DNA of 64,000 bases, from contig NC_043018.1 of assembly GCF_006345805.1 (NCBI RefSeq), forward strand, positions 21,762,001-21,826,000, read 5' to 3'. Shown here piece after piece: positions 11,479 through 24,316 of this stretch. The notes below the pieces were generated by a model. It saw nothing but the letters and a program-made list of their open reading frames with translations. It ran no database searches and was not told where the DNA came from. Made by a program: the position numbers and the translations under genes. Position 1 is the first letter of the stretch; every line of letters begins with the position of its first letter. Origin of the DNA: Octopus sinensis (Eukaryota).

Positions 11479-11578
11479 GCCGTCAATATAAAATGTGAGG
11501 AAACTGACAGAGAGAAACCACATAAATACGGGACACTTACACATGGTAAGTAGTGTTGGATTTTATATATTGCACCTA

Positions 11579-11657
11579 TGATGTCTTGATGTCCAGATGT
11601 CTTGATGTCCAGATGTCTTGATGTCCAGATGTCCAGATGTCTTGATGTCCAGATGTC
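11579..11657. repeat. Tandem 8-mer array (GATGTCTT/GATGTCCA)
   Basis: Seen directly. Confidence 0.85.
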
Positions 11658-11734
11658 AGAGATGATATGTTGAGGAGATGCAGACAGGTTTCACTGATAT
11701 TGTCAAAGTCAACTTTATATAGTATTTAATCTCT

Positions 11735-12044
11735 CTATCCGCTCAGTCGAAGTCGACTCTCGGTCACTCGTTGGATCAGTGTCCTCCAGTCAGTTCTATC
11801 CTGGGCCGCTTCTTTCAGACTGGCTATGTCCATTCCGGTATCACTCCTGATGGTGTCAAGCCAGAGGGTTCTTGGTCGGCCTCTTCCTCTCTTGCCACTA
11901 ACCATTCCGAGCATGATGTCCTTCTCCAGGGATTTTCTCCGCGTAATATGACCGAAATATGCCAATCTATGCTTGGTGATCCTTAGCTTCTAGCGACATT
12001 TTCGGCCTTATCTGCTTAAGAACTTCTCCATTGGTGAGCCTCGC

Positions 12045-12093
<49 letters not shown>

Positions 12094-12413
12094 CCCATCC
12101 CCATCTATCCGCTCAGTCGAAGTCGACTCTCGGTCACTCATTGGATCAGTGTCCTCCAGTCAGTTCTATCCTGGGCCGCTTCTTTCACACTGGCTATGTC
12201 CATTCCGGTATCACTCCTGATGGTGTCAAGCCAGAGGGTTCTTGGTCGGCCTCTTCCTCTCTTGCCACTAACCATTCCGAGCATGATGTCCTTCTCCAGG
12301 GATTTTCTCCGCGTAATATGACCGAAATATGCCAATCTATGCTTGGTGATCCTTAGCTTCTAGCGACATTTTCGGCCTTATCTGCTTAAGAACTTCTCCA
12401 TTGGTGAGCCTCG

Positions 12414-12466
<53 letters not shown>

Positions 12467-12643
12467 TCCCATCCCCATCTATCCGCTCAGTCGAAGTCGA
12501 CTCTCAGTCACTCGTTGGATCAGTGTCCTCCAGTCAGTTCTATCCTGGGCCGCTTCTTTCAGACTGGCTATGTCCATTCCGGTATCACTCCTGATGGTGT
12601 CAAGCCGGCGGGTTCTTGGTCGGCCTCTTCCTCTCTTGCCACT
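11735..12643 (-). mobile_element. Three tandem RTE (BovB-like) LINE 3' fragments (11735-12044, 12105-12414, 12479-12643) separated by (TA)n(CA)n
   Basis: AYFGHITRRKSLEKDIMLGMVSGKRGRGRPRTLWLDTIRSDTG...AAQDRTDWR is the typical RTE ORF C-terminus; copies 1 and 2 share a frameshift. Confidence 0.88.
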
Positions 12644-12664
12644 GAACATTTAATAGGCATCAAC

Positions 12665-12985
12665 AATCTCCTTTATGGCCATGAACGTTTGGCCAAGTCC
12701 CTCAATGGCTGCAGAAAGTGACCATGGAACAATCCTTATGTTGATTCCTACCCATTCCCAAGGGGACCAAGAGACTAGCAGGAATATGGCTGTAGCTTGT
12801 CATGTACTGTCTGAGACAACAAGAGTTGCCTGCCGGCCAAATCACCATTTGGGTACTGACCTGTAGGACAGATGACCTCTAGAAGTGTCCTACCAAAACA
12901 ATGGCCAAGACTCTGGAGGAGGACAATTGTACCATGACTGCTGATGAACTTGGGACAATGAGGATGGATAGGATATCTGGAGCAC
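12665..12985 (+). mobile_element. Highly degenerate RTE-clade LINE 3' fragment
   Basis: Broken frames LLYGHE..., QQELPAGQITIW...CPTKTMAKTLEED...DELGTMRMDR resemble the RTE C-terminus. Confidence 0.55.
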
Positions 12986-14296
12986 CTGTCAATATGTTTG
13001 AGGCAAGTGTAAATTATAATCAATAGATGATGATGACAACAAACATTGCAACATACTATTTCTCTCTGAAACACACAATGTAAAGAACTCTGTATACACA
13101 CATGTAGTAGAGCAGATCTGTGCCCAGTGATGTAACAACATCAGTCAGTAACAGTGACATCAATATCGCTATTAACAGACAGAAATATTTAAAATCAAAA
13201 GAAACTCTGTAAGAAACCGCCATGTACAGAGACAAGCAGGTAGGAAAGATATGTAGGAAACGTATCAATTTAGGTATTTTCGTTGGATGTCTCCCACAGA
13301 CCACCTAGGTAGGTGTTATAGGCACGTATGAATATTCAAGCTAATGATAAGAGCTTCTATAAAGTTGGTTAACCCGCTAGAAAAAGCAGTTGGATCTCAA
13401 CTCATACACTACTGTTTAAAAACAAACAAACAATAAAACTGAAGGATACTAGATAATGTAGCCCTAGATATAAGATTTAGAATAAAAAGTATAGAGGGTG
13501 ATGGGTGGAATACCTTTGATATTATGTTGGATTGAAGTTGACCTTGGCTAAACACCAACTAGATATACTTAGATAAACAAAAGCTGGGACAGAACAAACA
13601 ACAATATACATTATGTAACAATAACAACAACTTGGTTAATGACAATATGTGACTTGAGTAAACATGGTCTAAGTTAGGATGACCTCGATCAAAACTGATA
13701 AAAGTGTTGTTGATAATGACAATGAGAGATGTTGACCCGTCATTGGACTGAAAACCCTACGGTGAGCGTTAGATTAGTGGAACGCTGGCTTTATAAAGTC
13801 AACAGTTCAAACCTCACTACAGCCACTGTGTCTGCAGAGTGTATGCATGTGAGAGAACAAGATACATTCTTCTTGTGTTTGTGCCCCAGTCTGTCTGGCT
13901 AAAAATAGACAACATTCCCACTACCCCAGCCCTCCTTGTACAGAGTGGTGGTGGTGGTGGTGGTAGGAGGCTCACTACTGCTACCATCGCCACTGCCACT
14001 ACCACCACCACCACCACCATCATCCAGCTGTAAAAATACTTACAACACCACCAACATCAGTTCATACACAAAACACGAACAGAAAAATAACATCCCACCC
14101 ATGTTTTATGTTAGAATAGTTTTTTTTTTTTTTTATGTAAAATAGATATAAAAAAAAAATTCAGATGTTCCTGGGGAAGAAAAAAAATCCTTATTTGAAT
14201 GTGTGTGTGTGTGTGTTAGGGGAAGACGGAAGATCAGAAAGAAAGAGAGATACAGAAAGATGGATGGGTATAAATGTAGAAGAAAGAAAATGATGT

Positions 14297-14686
14297 ACTC
14301 TTTACTCTTTTACTTGTTTCAGTCATTTGACTGCGGCCATGCTGGAGCACAGCCTTTAGTCGAGCAAATCGATCCCGGGACTTCTTATTCTTTGTAAGCC
14401 CAGTACTTATTCTATCGGTCTCTTTTGCTGAACCGCTAAGTGACGGGGACATAAACACACCAGTATCGGTTGTCAAGCAATGCTAGGGGGACAAACACAG
14501 ACACACAAACACACATATATATACATATATACGACGGGCTTCTTTCAGTTTCCGTCTACCAAATCCACTCACAAGGCATTGGTCGGCCCGGGGCTATAGC
14601 AGAAGACACTTGCCCAAGATGCCACGCAGTGGGACTGAACCCAGAACCATGTGGTTGGTAAGCAAGCTACTTACCACACAACCACT
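14297..14686 (-). mobile_element. Full-length family A SINE (young subfamily)
   Basis: Near-identical reverse complement of 3870-4263. Confidence 0.88.
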
Positions 14687-14687
14687 A

Positions 14688-14731
<44 letters not shown>

Positions 14732-15412
14732 CTCATCATTTTAACATCTTCTTTCCCATGCTTGCACGGGTCAGATAAAATTCATTGAGGCACAAGAGCA
14801 TCCAGGTGCTCTTCAAGTCACCAACCTTCAATTATTTCCAAACAAAGAATATTTCCCATGATCTTTTGAACATGACCAGCACAATGGCTGGACATGTCAT
14901 CATGAGAGATTGCAAACAAAAAGCACCCACTTATATGATGGTGACATTTGTTTACAATAAGTATGTGACTTCAAGACAAAGAAATACAAACACAACAGGC
15001 TTCTTTTAGTTTCTGCCTGCCAAGACCACTCACAAGGCTTTGGCCATCCTGGGATTACAGTAGAAGACGCTTGCCCAATTGTATATTAGTAGAAGAATAT
15101 AAAGAATATATATATCAATAAGTTAAGAGATTGTATAAAACAGTATTAGTTGGAAGAAAGCTTCAGGTTAAAAGTGCCAGAGTAGTAGTTATCTGAGAAT
15201 TGATAAATAGATGATAAATTCCACATTTATAGCAGAAGATTATAAATTCCACAAATATAGAAGTGAAAAGAGGGAATCGTTGAAGATGTCTTTTGGGAGA
15301 AGAACACATAATCACAATGTAAGCTACATTTAATGAAAGCCACACTAGTCCAACATCATTATTGTTATTCCAAATTACAGAGCATCCAAAAAAATTAGAT
15401 CTTCGTCTATAA

Positions 15413-15631
15413 CAGTGGTTTACAACCAGGGTTCTGCGGAACCTTAGGGTTCCGCCAGTACAGTCCAGGGGTTCCGCAAGAAGTTACAAAACTGCTAAAA
15501 TCGGCAGTAATTTTTAATTCTCCTGTGCAGATATGTGTGCATAAGACTATTAAATTATTGCACAGGGGTTCCTCGAGCCAGTGGAATGTTTCCTTGGGGT
15601 TCTGCTCCAGCAAAAAGTTTGAAAAGCACTG
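15413..15631. mobile_element. hAT-superfamily MITE
   Basis: Imperfect TIRs CAGTGGTTTACAA / TTGAAAAGCACTG; perfect 8-bp TSD GTCTATAA (15405-15412 and 15632-15639). Confidence 0.88.
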
Positions 15632-16156
15632 GTCTATAATAACAGCTAATTCTTTTGTATTTTAGTCCTTTAGCATTAAGGTTACTATCAAATGTAATAC
15701 TTATTTAATTCACATTGTTTTGAATAACACTGTAGAGTAGGTACGAGAGGCTGAATATAGAACAGGTGGAATATTTAGGCTTGATACGGCCAGTTTAAAT
15801 GCTTAAGGGCTAACTTATATTCTCATCAGAACTGTTCAATACAGTCGGAGAACTTGCTTCTGTAACTGTACAAACTACGATCAGGATGTTTCTGATTAGT
15901 GGAGTGTGATGCTTTATACTGCTTTTTGGCTAGAGAATACAGGTGGAAGAGAGAGATCCTTTAATAGTGATATGCCACTAGATAGAACAAGGTATTGGTC
16001 AGTGTGACGTGAGTAATGTCCCTCCGTTTGCTGTTAGATCTACTCACAGTTGTTGTCTTCGAGCTGTGACTACTAACAGAGATGACTGATGTAGTGGTTA
16101 GCAATAATAACCCATCAGTTGTGGTTTCTTCCTCTAGTCCGCTTCTCACATGTTTC

Positions 16157-16332
16157 AAAGGTCCGGTTGGAATTAAGGGAACCACCTTCCTTCTTCAACA
16201 TGACCATAAAATAAAAGTTTCAAAGGTCTGGTTGGAATTAAGGGAACCACCCTTCCTTCTTCAACATGACCATAAAATAAAAGTTTCAAAAGTCCGGTTG
16301 GAATTAAGGGAACCACCCTTCCTTCTTCAACT
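16157..16332. repeat. ~65-bp tandem repeat, about 2.6 copies
   Basis: The block ggttggaattaagggaaccacc(c)ttccttcttcaac occurs three times. Confidence 0.85.
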
Positions 16333-16542
16333 TGACGATTAAAAAAAGGTTAACGCTTTATACCATCTATTCAAAGAGTAGTGATCTTCATTGTTGTTTA
16401 GCTCCCAGGTAAGCCCTGATCCGGTGCTTCCCGCAATGGCCATCCTGTCTTCATCTAATATGCTCTCTCCTGATTTAACACAAAAGGGAGTGATTAGAGA
16501 GGGATTTGGCGGCTAATTTCTAACCAATGTCTCCACACTATA

Positions 16543-16909
16543 GGCGCAGGAGTGGCTGTGTGGTAAGTAGCTTGCTAACCAACCACACGGTTGCGAGTTC
16601 AGTCCCACTGCGTGGCATCTTGGGCAAGTGTCTTCTGCTATAGCCCCGGGCCGACCAATGCCTTGTGAGTGGATTTGGTAGACGGAAACTAAAAGAAGCC
16701 TGTCGTATATATGTATATATATATGTATATGTGTGTGTGTTTGTGTGTCTGTGTTTGTCCCCCTAGCATTGCTTGACAACCGATGCTGGTGTGTTTAGGT
16801 CCCCGTCACTTAGCGGTTCGGCAAAAAGAGACTGATAGAATAAGTACTAAAAGGTGGTGCTCCAGCATGGCCGCAGTCAAATGACTGAAACAAGTAAAAG
16901 AGTAAGAGT
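16543..16909 (+). mobile_element. Family A SINE (young subfamily, small internal deletion)
   Basis: Same head and tail as the 3870 copy. Confidence 0.85.
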
Positions 16910-17874
16910 ATACTTAACAGAACAGTGATACTTGTTTCACTGAAGGTGAGATAACCAACCCATAGACATACCTTTTAAAAATTTGCATGTCAACTGCTGG
17001 TCACACACAGCAGGTTTACAGTCAAAAAAGTTTATAACAATAAAAGTGCCTGACAATGGAAACGGTTGAACCTCCTGCTACTGTTATTGCTAGGAATTCT
17101 TTGTAAACTGCTATCTCTGGTAGATCTTTCAGTAGATGTGAATGGAAGCCTGTCATAAAAATAACTGCAGCTCAAATGTTATTTTTAGTGTTCCCTTTCT
17201 GACTGAACATTCCTCTGATTAATGTTGAATTCAGTGGCCCCCCCAACTACACCTGGAGGTGCAGGTATGATCTTTGGTCTTGTTAAAAATAGATCCATTC
17301 AGAGTTTTCTCCAGATATCTAACCTACAATTACAGAATTCCTTAAGCGTTTAAAATCATTTTATTACAAAGTTTAATTAAATGTGAATAAGATGCTCAAA
17401 CAAAACACTATTGAGTTAAGTAACTCACCCCCAGTAATGAACATATACTATTTACTGTGGAAACAGATGCTCTCGAGGTCACCTTTGGAGTTGGTCTTCA
17501 ATTAAAATAGGAGGCTTGTATCCGCAGAGAAAGGGAGGCCTATGGGTTTATCGTGACTGTCAAAAAGTGGCGCTTTCAGATTTAACTTTGGGACAAGGTG
17601 GAAACCTGTAACATGTTCATTTTGTAACACAAAGACATGATTTAAGACCAGGGTGGTACTGAGAAGGTCAAGGTTGGAACCTAGAGAGTAATATTGATTA
17701 TGGATGGAATGAATAAGAGACAAGGCTGGTCATGGCTGGAATGCCTTGTTTACAGGTTTGCTTGTTCTGAGCTCTCCTTGGGTTAAACAACATACTAAAA
17801 GCAGTAAAGATATGTAAATCAGGACTAAACGTATTATCAATTATAAATGAATTGTCTTCAACTGAGAACTAAAG

Positions 17875-17911
17875 CCAACAACAGCAGCATCAGTAGCAAC
17901 AACAACAACAA

Positions 17912-17992
<81 letters not shown>
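17875..17992. repeat. (CAA)n/(CAG)n trinucleotide tract
   Basis: Seen directly; no supporting exon context. Confidence 0.85.
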
Positions 17993-17993
<1 letters not shown>

Positions 17994-19520
17994 TATAATT
18001 GTGAACCAAATTCAATCATGGCCTCCAGCCAAACAATTAACTTTGAAGATATTCGTAGTTTGCTGTAGAGAGAGGCAGCTTAAACAATATTTTGGAACGT
18101 TTGCTGCAATCTACTCTTTCTAGGGATATTTTAAATGGTAAATTATTATTTAGCGCTAGGTCAGCCCTGATCCAATAGATCAATATCAAAGACATTCAAG
18201 GGACAACCACCCCATCCTCTTCTTTTCGTGAACAGCTGACCCACCTCAGGCCTCTTGTCGGCTCTCAGACGCATAATAACCTTATGTCATAAATTTACAT
18301 AAGACTTATTTTTTTGTATGCTTCAAATACCAGCATACCATCATCATCATCATTTAACATCCACTTTTCATGCTTGCATGAGTCAGACAGAATTTGCTGA
18401 GGCAAATTTTTTACAGTTGGATACCCTTATTGTTACCAACCCTCACCAGTTTCCAAGCAAGGTGATATTTTTCCCATGCCCAGACATGTTTGTCACAGGA
18501 GACTGGAAATGAAAAACCCATTGTATGACAATGATGCTTGTCTACAACTATCACATGATATCAAGTCAAAAGCACACACACACAATAGATGATGGGCGTC
18601 TTTCAGTTTTTGTCAACCAAATCCACTCATAAGGCATTGATCTGGGGCAGAGCCTTGCCCAAGGTGCTGCTCAGTGGGACTGAACCCAAGACCACATGGT
18701 TAGAAAGCAAGCTTCTCAACCATACAGCCACGACCATGCCACGTAATGTACTAAGAATCAACCAAATACACACTAAAGTACTTCAACTATTTATTTTCAA
18801 AATTAACTGAAACCTTACTGACATTGCATTTGGATAGAAATAAAGGCATAGAAGGATTCAACTTTGGTAGGGAAAGATACGAGGCTGTTTAGCTGCTGTT
18901 TCTAGCAGGTCAAGCAACATAGAAACTCCCTTGTTGGCTTCTTAATTGTAAGTTGAGGCAAGACCAGCAAATTTGAAGAGGAACGGGTAAGTTGATTACA
19001 CCGATACCAATAATTGATTGGTACTTTATATTATCAGTCCCGAAAGGAAGAAAGGCAAAGTTGGTATCGGTGGATTTGAACACAGAGTGTAACGAGCCAA
19101 AATGCATTTGGCAAAGCATGTTCTGACACTAACGATTCTGCTAATCTACTTACCACCTTAGCCATTTAGCATTCTAATCTGGTCAATTTGGCTTAAATAT
19201 TTTGTTCTGTTAAAACTGGTCAGATCTGGCTTCTCACACCTACTCTACAATGTCATTTCAAAATAAGCTGTCACATCATTGAAATCTTAAAGCTACGAGA
19301 TTGTGCAGGATTAATTAAAAAGATTGTGAACTGGTGTTGGTGTGTTTAACTTAGCGGTCTGGCAAAAGAGACCGACAGAATAAATACCAGGCTTAGCAAA
19401 AAGATATTCAAGTACTAGGGTCGATTTATTCAATTAAAATATTCCTCGGGTGGTGCTCCAGCATGGTCGCAGTTGAATGACTGAAACAAGATAGAGGGGG
19501 CAGACACTAACATACTTAGG

Positions 19521-20140
19521 CACAGGCATGGCTGTGTGGTATGAAGCTTGCTTCCTAACTGCATGGTTCTGTGTTCAGTCCCACTGTGTGGCACCTTAGG
19601 CAAGTGTCTTCTATAATCTCAGGCTGACCAAAGCCTTGTGAGTGGATTTGGTAGAAACTGAAAGAAGTCTGTTGTATGTATGTATATATATGTGTGTGTG
19701 TGTGTGTGTGATTAATCAGCCGAAATTGGGAGGATGGTCTGGTTCTTGACTGAAGATTGAAGGCTTATGACCCGTCCATATTTTTTGTATCATCTTCTAA
19801 ATGTTTTGTGTTCTTGTCCCAGTTTGTATTTTTATATTTATATATATATATGTGTGTGTGTGTGTGTGCGTATGTATGTGTGTGTGTGTGTGTGTGTGCG
19901 TATGTATGTGTGTGTGCGTGTGATTGTGTCTGTCTTTGTCCCCACTGCTACCAGTGTTGGTGTGGTTACATCCCTGTATCTTAGCGGTTTGGCAAAAGGG
20001 ACTGATAGAATAAGTAGTTCCAGGCTTATAGTAAAAAAAAAAAAAAGTAAGTATTGGGGTTGATACATTTGACTAAAAACCCTTCAATGCAGTGCCCCAG
20101 CATGGTCGCAGTCTAATGACTGAAACAAGTAAAAGATAAA
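19521..20140 (+). mobile_element. Family A SINE interrupted in its (TG)n tract by the ~130-bp unclassified repeat
   Basis: Head at 19521-19670, insert at 19709-19830, tail to 20140. Confidence 0.75.
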
Positions 20141-20150
20141 TTAAAGATAC

Positions 20151-20429
20151 TCCTAAGCACATTAACGAGTTGTGTTTCGTTTTGTGTAAAGCTTCAACAA
20201 ACCCGATATCGAGCGAGTTCACAGATTCCAGGAAAAGTTTCATATTAAATGGTAAAAAGAAATAACGCTGTTGTTATTGTTATGGAAAAGGAATCAATAA
20301 CAGAAGCATCACTATAGAGCTTCGGTTTACACAATGCCACACATTTTATCAAACATAAGCCCCTACAAAATCTGCCAAAAGTTTATTGTGAAACAATTCA
20401 GTTCTTTCCTGAGGAAGGGGAAGGGGAGA

Positions 20430-20467
<38 letters not shown>

Positions 20468-20518
20468 CTCACTACAATAGAATTTTGTTTCTAGGGTGAA
20501 ACACCACCCTTATTTATA
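20151..20518 (-). promoter_or_regulatory. Candidate TATA promoter and first exon on the IAP strand
   Basis: TATAAATA at 20518-20511, a (CT)n leader, aatATG at 20243, and a 31-codon frame MKLFLESVNSLDIGFVEALHKTKHNSLMCLG ending at a weak donor GGA|gtatct. Motif-level evidence only. Confidence 0.25.
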
Positions 20519-21332
20519 GCCAGACTTTGTACAAAATTTCTGCCAATAAACATATTTGGCATGCTACTTTAAATAAGGTTTTACAAGCAGCAAATATATC
20601 TGTTCTGGTGAGTGATTCGAGAAAATTAAGTAGAAACCAATTTGTTTTCAACACTGAGTCGTTCAAGCATGTAAATGAATCCTTCACCAGTTCTTTGCCC
20701 CTGCAATGAGTATTCCTGAAGTTCAATCAATGGAAATATGCACCCATTGTAGTGTAAGGAGCTGCATATTCCAGACACTTGTAGCTTTTAATGTAATCCC
20801 CAGGGTAGAATCACAGTGACACACGAGTGTGACAAAGCTGGCCCTTGGAATTACAACTACAGGTATTATATATACAGGCGCAGGAGTGGCTATATGGTAA
20901 GTAGCTTGCTTACCAACTACATGGTTCCAGGTTCAAGGTTCAGTCCCATTGCATGGCACCTTGGGCGAGCGTCTTCTACTATAGCCTTGGGCCAACCAGC
21001 GCCTAGTGGGTGGATTTGGTAGACAAACTGAAAGAATCCAGTTGTGTGTGTGTGTGCATATATGTTTGTCTGTGTTTGTCCCCACTTCATTGCTTGACAA
21101 CCGATGTTGGTGTGTTTATGTCTCCGCAACTTAGTGGTTCAGCAAAAGAACCAAGAGAATAAGTATTGGGCTTACAACTGTCCAACTCATGCCAGCATGG
21201 AAAGCAGACATATGATTGTTGGTTTATGTTGTGTTCTTTCATGTCCTGTAAGTTAACCATTTAACAAATAAGGAAGGAAGTTAGTCACTACAAGTTGTAG
21301 TGAAGGCAATCTGCCTACAAGGAGCAGTAAAT

Positions 21333-21468
21333 CCCGCTCGGTTCAAAGTCTCTCTTGACCAGAAATGGCCTGAACTCTTTGCATGAACACCCTCCCTGTA
21401 CATAACTCCATGTCCCCCTACATGGCCTTGCTTTTTGCTTTCTGAGCCAAAAAATTAACTCAACTTAA
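21333..21468 (+). mobile_element. CR1-clade LINE extreme 3' fragment
   Basis: Matches the reverse complement of 47370-47505, including the ttaac-type tail. Confidence 0.8.
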
Positions 21469-21990
21469 GGTGGGGTTAACCATGATGCTAGTGGTGGTGA
21501 GCACAATAAAAAGTATTCGGTCCCTATTATGAAAAAGGATGGTGATAGGAAGGACATCCATCCAGCTGGTTATAAACATGGGGAAGAGCCACCCAACCAA
21601 AAAACCAAAACAAACCAAGATACACATCAACAGAGTTTGTCAGGTTTTCCTTCTGTTGTGACAAAGACCCAAGACCTGTGACAGGTGGTGAGGTATTATT
21701 GTACTAGAAGAGCACTGTTGAACCCATACCAGGGAAAACTGATGTGAAATGATTTTATACATAAATACATATATATATATATATATTATATATATATATA
21801 TACTGGCACATACACACACGTGCGTGTGTGTGTGTGTGTGTGTGTATTTTTTAAACACACACACACACTCACATATTTCAATCAGTGCAGCTGTTGTCGA
21901 CAGTGAGAAACCCTTTCTAAGGATTAGCTCAAGCTTACTTTTATTCAGAAACTACATCTCCTATGCAGCACAGCAATGTGTGAAAATAAA

Positions 21991-22031
<41 letters not shown>

Positions 22032-22658
22032 TTTTAAACTGCTTTATTAATAAAATCTCTGGCAACTAACAAAGCACTGTACTAACAATAATGTCTTTGT
22101 AGTTATAATATGTGTGTGGTTTGGTTTCACAGTCTTCCACTATCACAAAAGAGAACTCTGCTGACATTACAGGAAAGTCTAATAGAAAATGTCACCTTAT
22201 TTTTTTGTACATACACACTCACACTACATTGTCTCTAATGCTTTGAATTCCTGCATACAATTTCGTTTTCAATAAAGCAGGCCACAATAGAAACCAAGAG
22301 AAACCGGTTTCGTGTGCCTGTGTGACCCTAAAGATAAGTTTCTTATATCCCACCATCCCAACAAAATGCAGGAAAAATAATAATATTAGAAAAGGTGTAT
22401 TCTATACAATAGAATTGACCAGCCAGCCAACCAACCAGTCTGTATGTTTGAAATTTATAATAAAAATCACTAAAGGAAAATAACATAGAGGGGCTGATTT
22501 AAGTTGGTGGGTCATAAATTTAATTATGTTATTTTTCACTTGTTCCAGTCAATAGACTGCAGCCAATAGACTGCAGCCATGCTGGAGCACTGCCTCAAAT
22601 AATTTTTAGTTGACTGAATCAAACTACAATACTTTTTTTTTTTAAAAAACAGCCTGGT

Positions 22659-22836
22659 CATCATCATCATTGTTCGACCGTGGTCAAGACAATGGAATTT
22701 ACCATGCTACGCCAGACTTCACGGTCCATCATGGCATTATGGGGGTCCTGTTGCTGGATGCCTGTATCCCTGGAGATTACATCAGGGTAGGAGAGTGTGC
22801 GCCTTCTGGTATTGCGAGTAGATGTTGTTGATTATG
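22659..22836 (-). mobile_element. 5'-truncated RTE LINE inserted into a SINE tail
   Basis: RRRTLSYPDVISRDTGIQQQDPHNAMMDREVWRSMV...*, a (TGA)n tail, and an 11-bp TSD AACAGCCTGGT (22648-22658 / 22837-22847). Confidence 0.88.
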
Positions 22837-22896
22837 AACAGCCTGGTACTTATTCTATCAGTCTCATTTGCTGAACTACTAAGTTATAAACATACC

Positions 22897-23143
22897 TATT
22901 TCTTTATTACCCACAAGGGGGCTAAACACAGAGGGGACAAACAAGGACAGACATAGGTATTAAGTCGATTACATCGACCCCAGTGCGTAACTGGTACTTA
23001 ATTTATCGACCCCGAAAGGATGAAAGGCAAAGTCGACCTCGGCGGAATTTGAACTCACAACGTAACGACAGATGAAATACCACTAAGCATTTCGTGGTAT
23101 TTCGTCTGTCGTTACTTTGTGAGTTCAAATTCCGCCGAGGTCG
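22897..23143 (-). mobile_element. Family B SINE with an inverted foldback at its 5' end
   Basis: The minus-strand SINE body ends at ~23093 and is followed by an inverted copy of the preceding 50 bp. Confidence 0.85.
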
Positions 23144-23374
23144 CAACACCAATTGTTATGAGGCAATAACACACACACGACAGGCTTATGCCAGTTTCCA
23201 TTTACTGAATTTATTGATAAGGCTTTGGTTGGCTCAAGGCTATAGTAGAAGACCATTATCCAAGTTGCTACGCAGTGGGACTGAACCTGGAACAATGTAG
23301 TTGGCATGTAACCTTCTTATACCACAGCTATGCCTGTGCCTGAACCAACTTACATTGAAATATAAATTAATCTC

Positions 23375-23807
23375 TCTTTTACTCTTTTAGTTGTTTCAGT
23401 CATTCGACTGTGGCCATGCTGGAGCACCACCTTTTAGTCGAGCAAATCGACCCCAGGACTTATTCTTAGTAAGCCTAGTACTTATTCTATTGGTCTCTTT
23501 TACTGAACCGCTAAGTTATGGGGACTTAAACACACCAGCATCGGTTGTCAAGCGATGTTGGGGGGACAAACACAGACACTCAAACATATACACATACATA
23601 TATATATATATATATATATCTATATATATATATATACATATATACGACGGGCTTCTTTCAGTTTCCATCTACCAAATCTACTCATAAGGCTTTGGTCGGC
23701 CCGAGGCTATAGTAGAAGACACTTGCCCAAGGTGCCACACAGTGGGACTGAACCCAGAACCAAGTGGTTCGTAAGCAAGCTACTTACCACACAGCCACTC
23801 CTACGCC
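23375..23807 (-). mobile_element. Full-length family A SINE
   Basis: Reverse complement of the family A head and tail. Confidence 0.85.
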
Positions 23808-24221
23808 TAATACATTAAAATGAAAAAAATTTACTGAAGTGATTTTAAATTCAGTGTTGAGCTGAGGAAAATGGAGGTGAGGTTGATGTGAGGGTGGAGA
23901 TCATGTGGGTATTAGAGTGGATGTGAAGTTGGGGCAGGGATGGAGATGATGTAAAGGTGAGGTTAGTGTCAGAGTAGATTTGAGGCTATGAAGTTAATAT
24001 TGATGGAGGAGAGGTCAAAGTAAAGGCAGAGGTGAGGTTCTTAGTTACATACCGGGGTAGCACTTGTCATCAGTGTTGTTAGACTGATTATATTGACACA
24101 CCACCCCACACTTCGAACCGTATTTACTTTAAGGAATGACTGAAGAAAGAAAGGTAATGTTGACCTTTCCTGAAATTATATACCACAATACAGACTATGA
24201 AGGTGAGTGAATATACAATAT

Positions 24222-24316
<95 letters not shown>

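Noticed and set aside
17847-18068. Poly-Ser/Asn ORF over (CAG)n(CAA)n
   Set aside because: A simple trinucleotide tract with no exon boundaries.
21285-21303. 19-bp near-palindrome TCACTACAA-G-TTGTAGTGA
   Set aside because: An isolated short palindrome with no context; could be chance.
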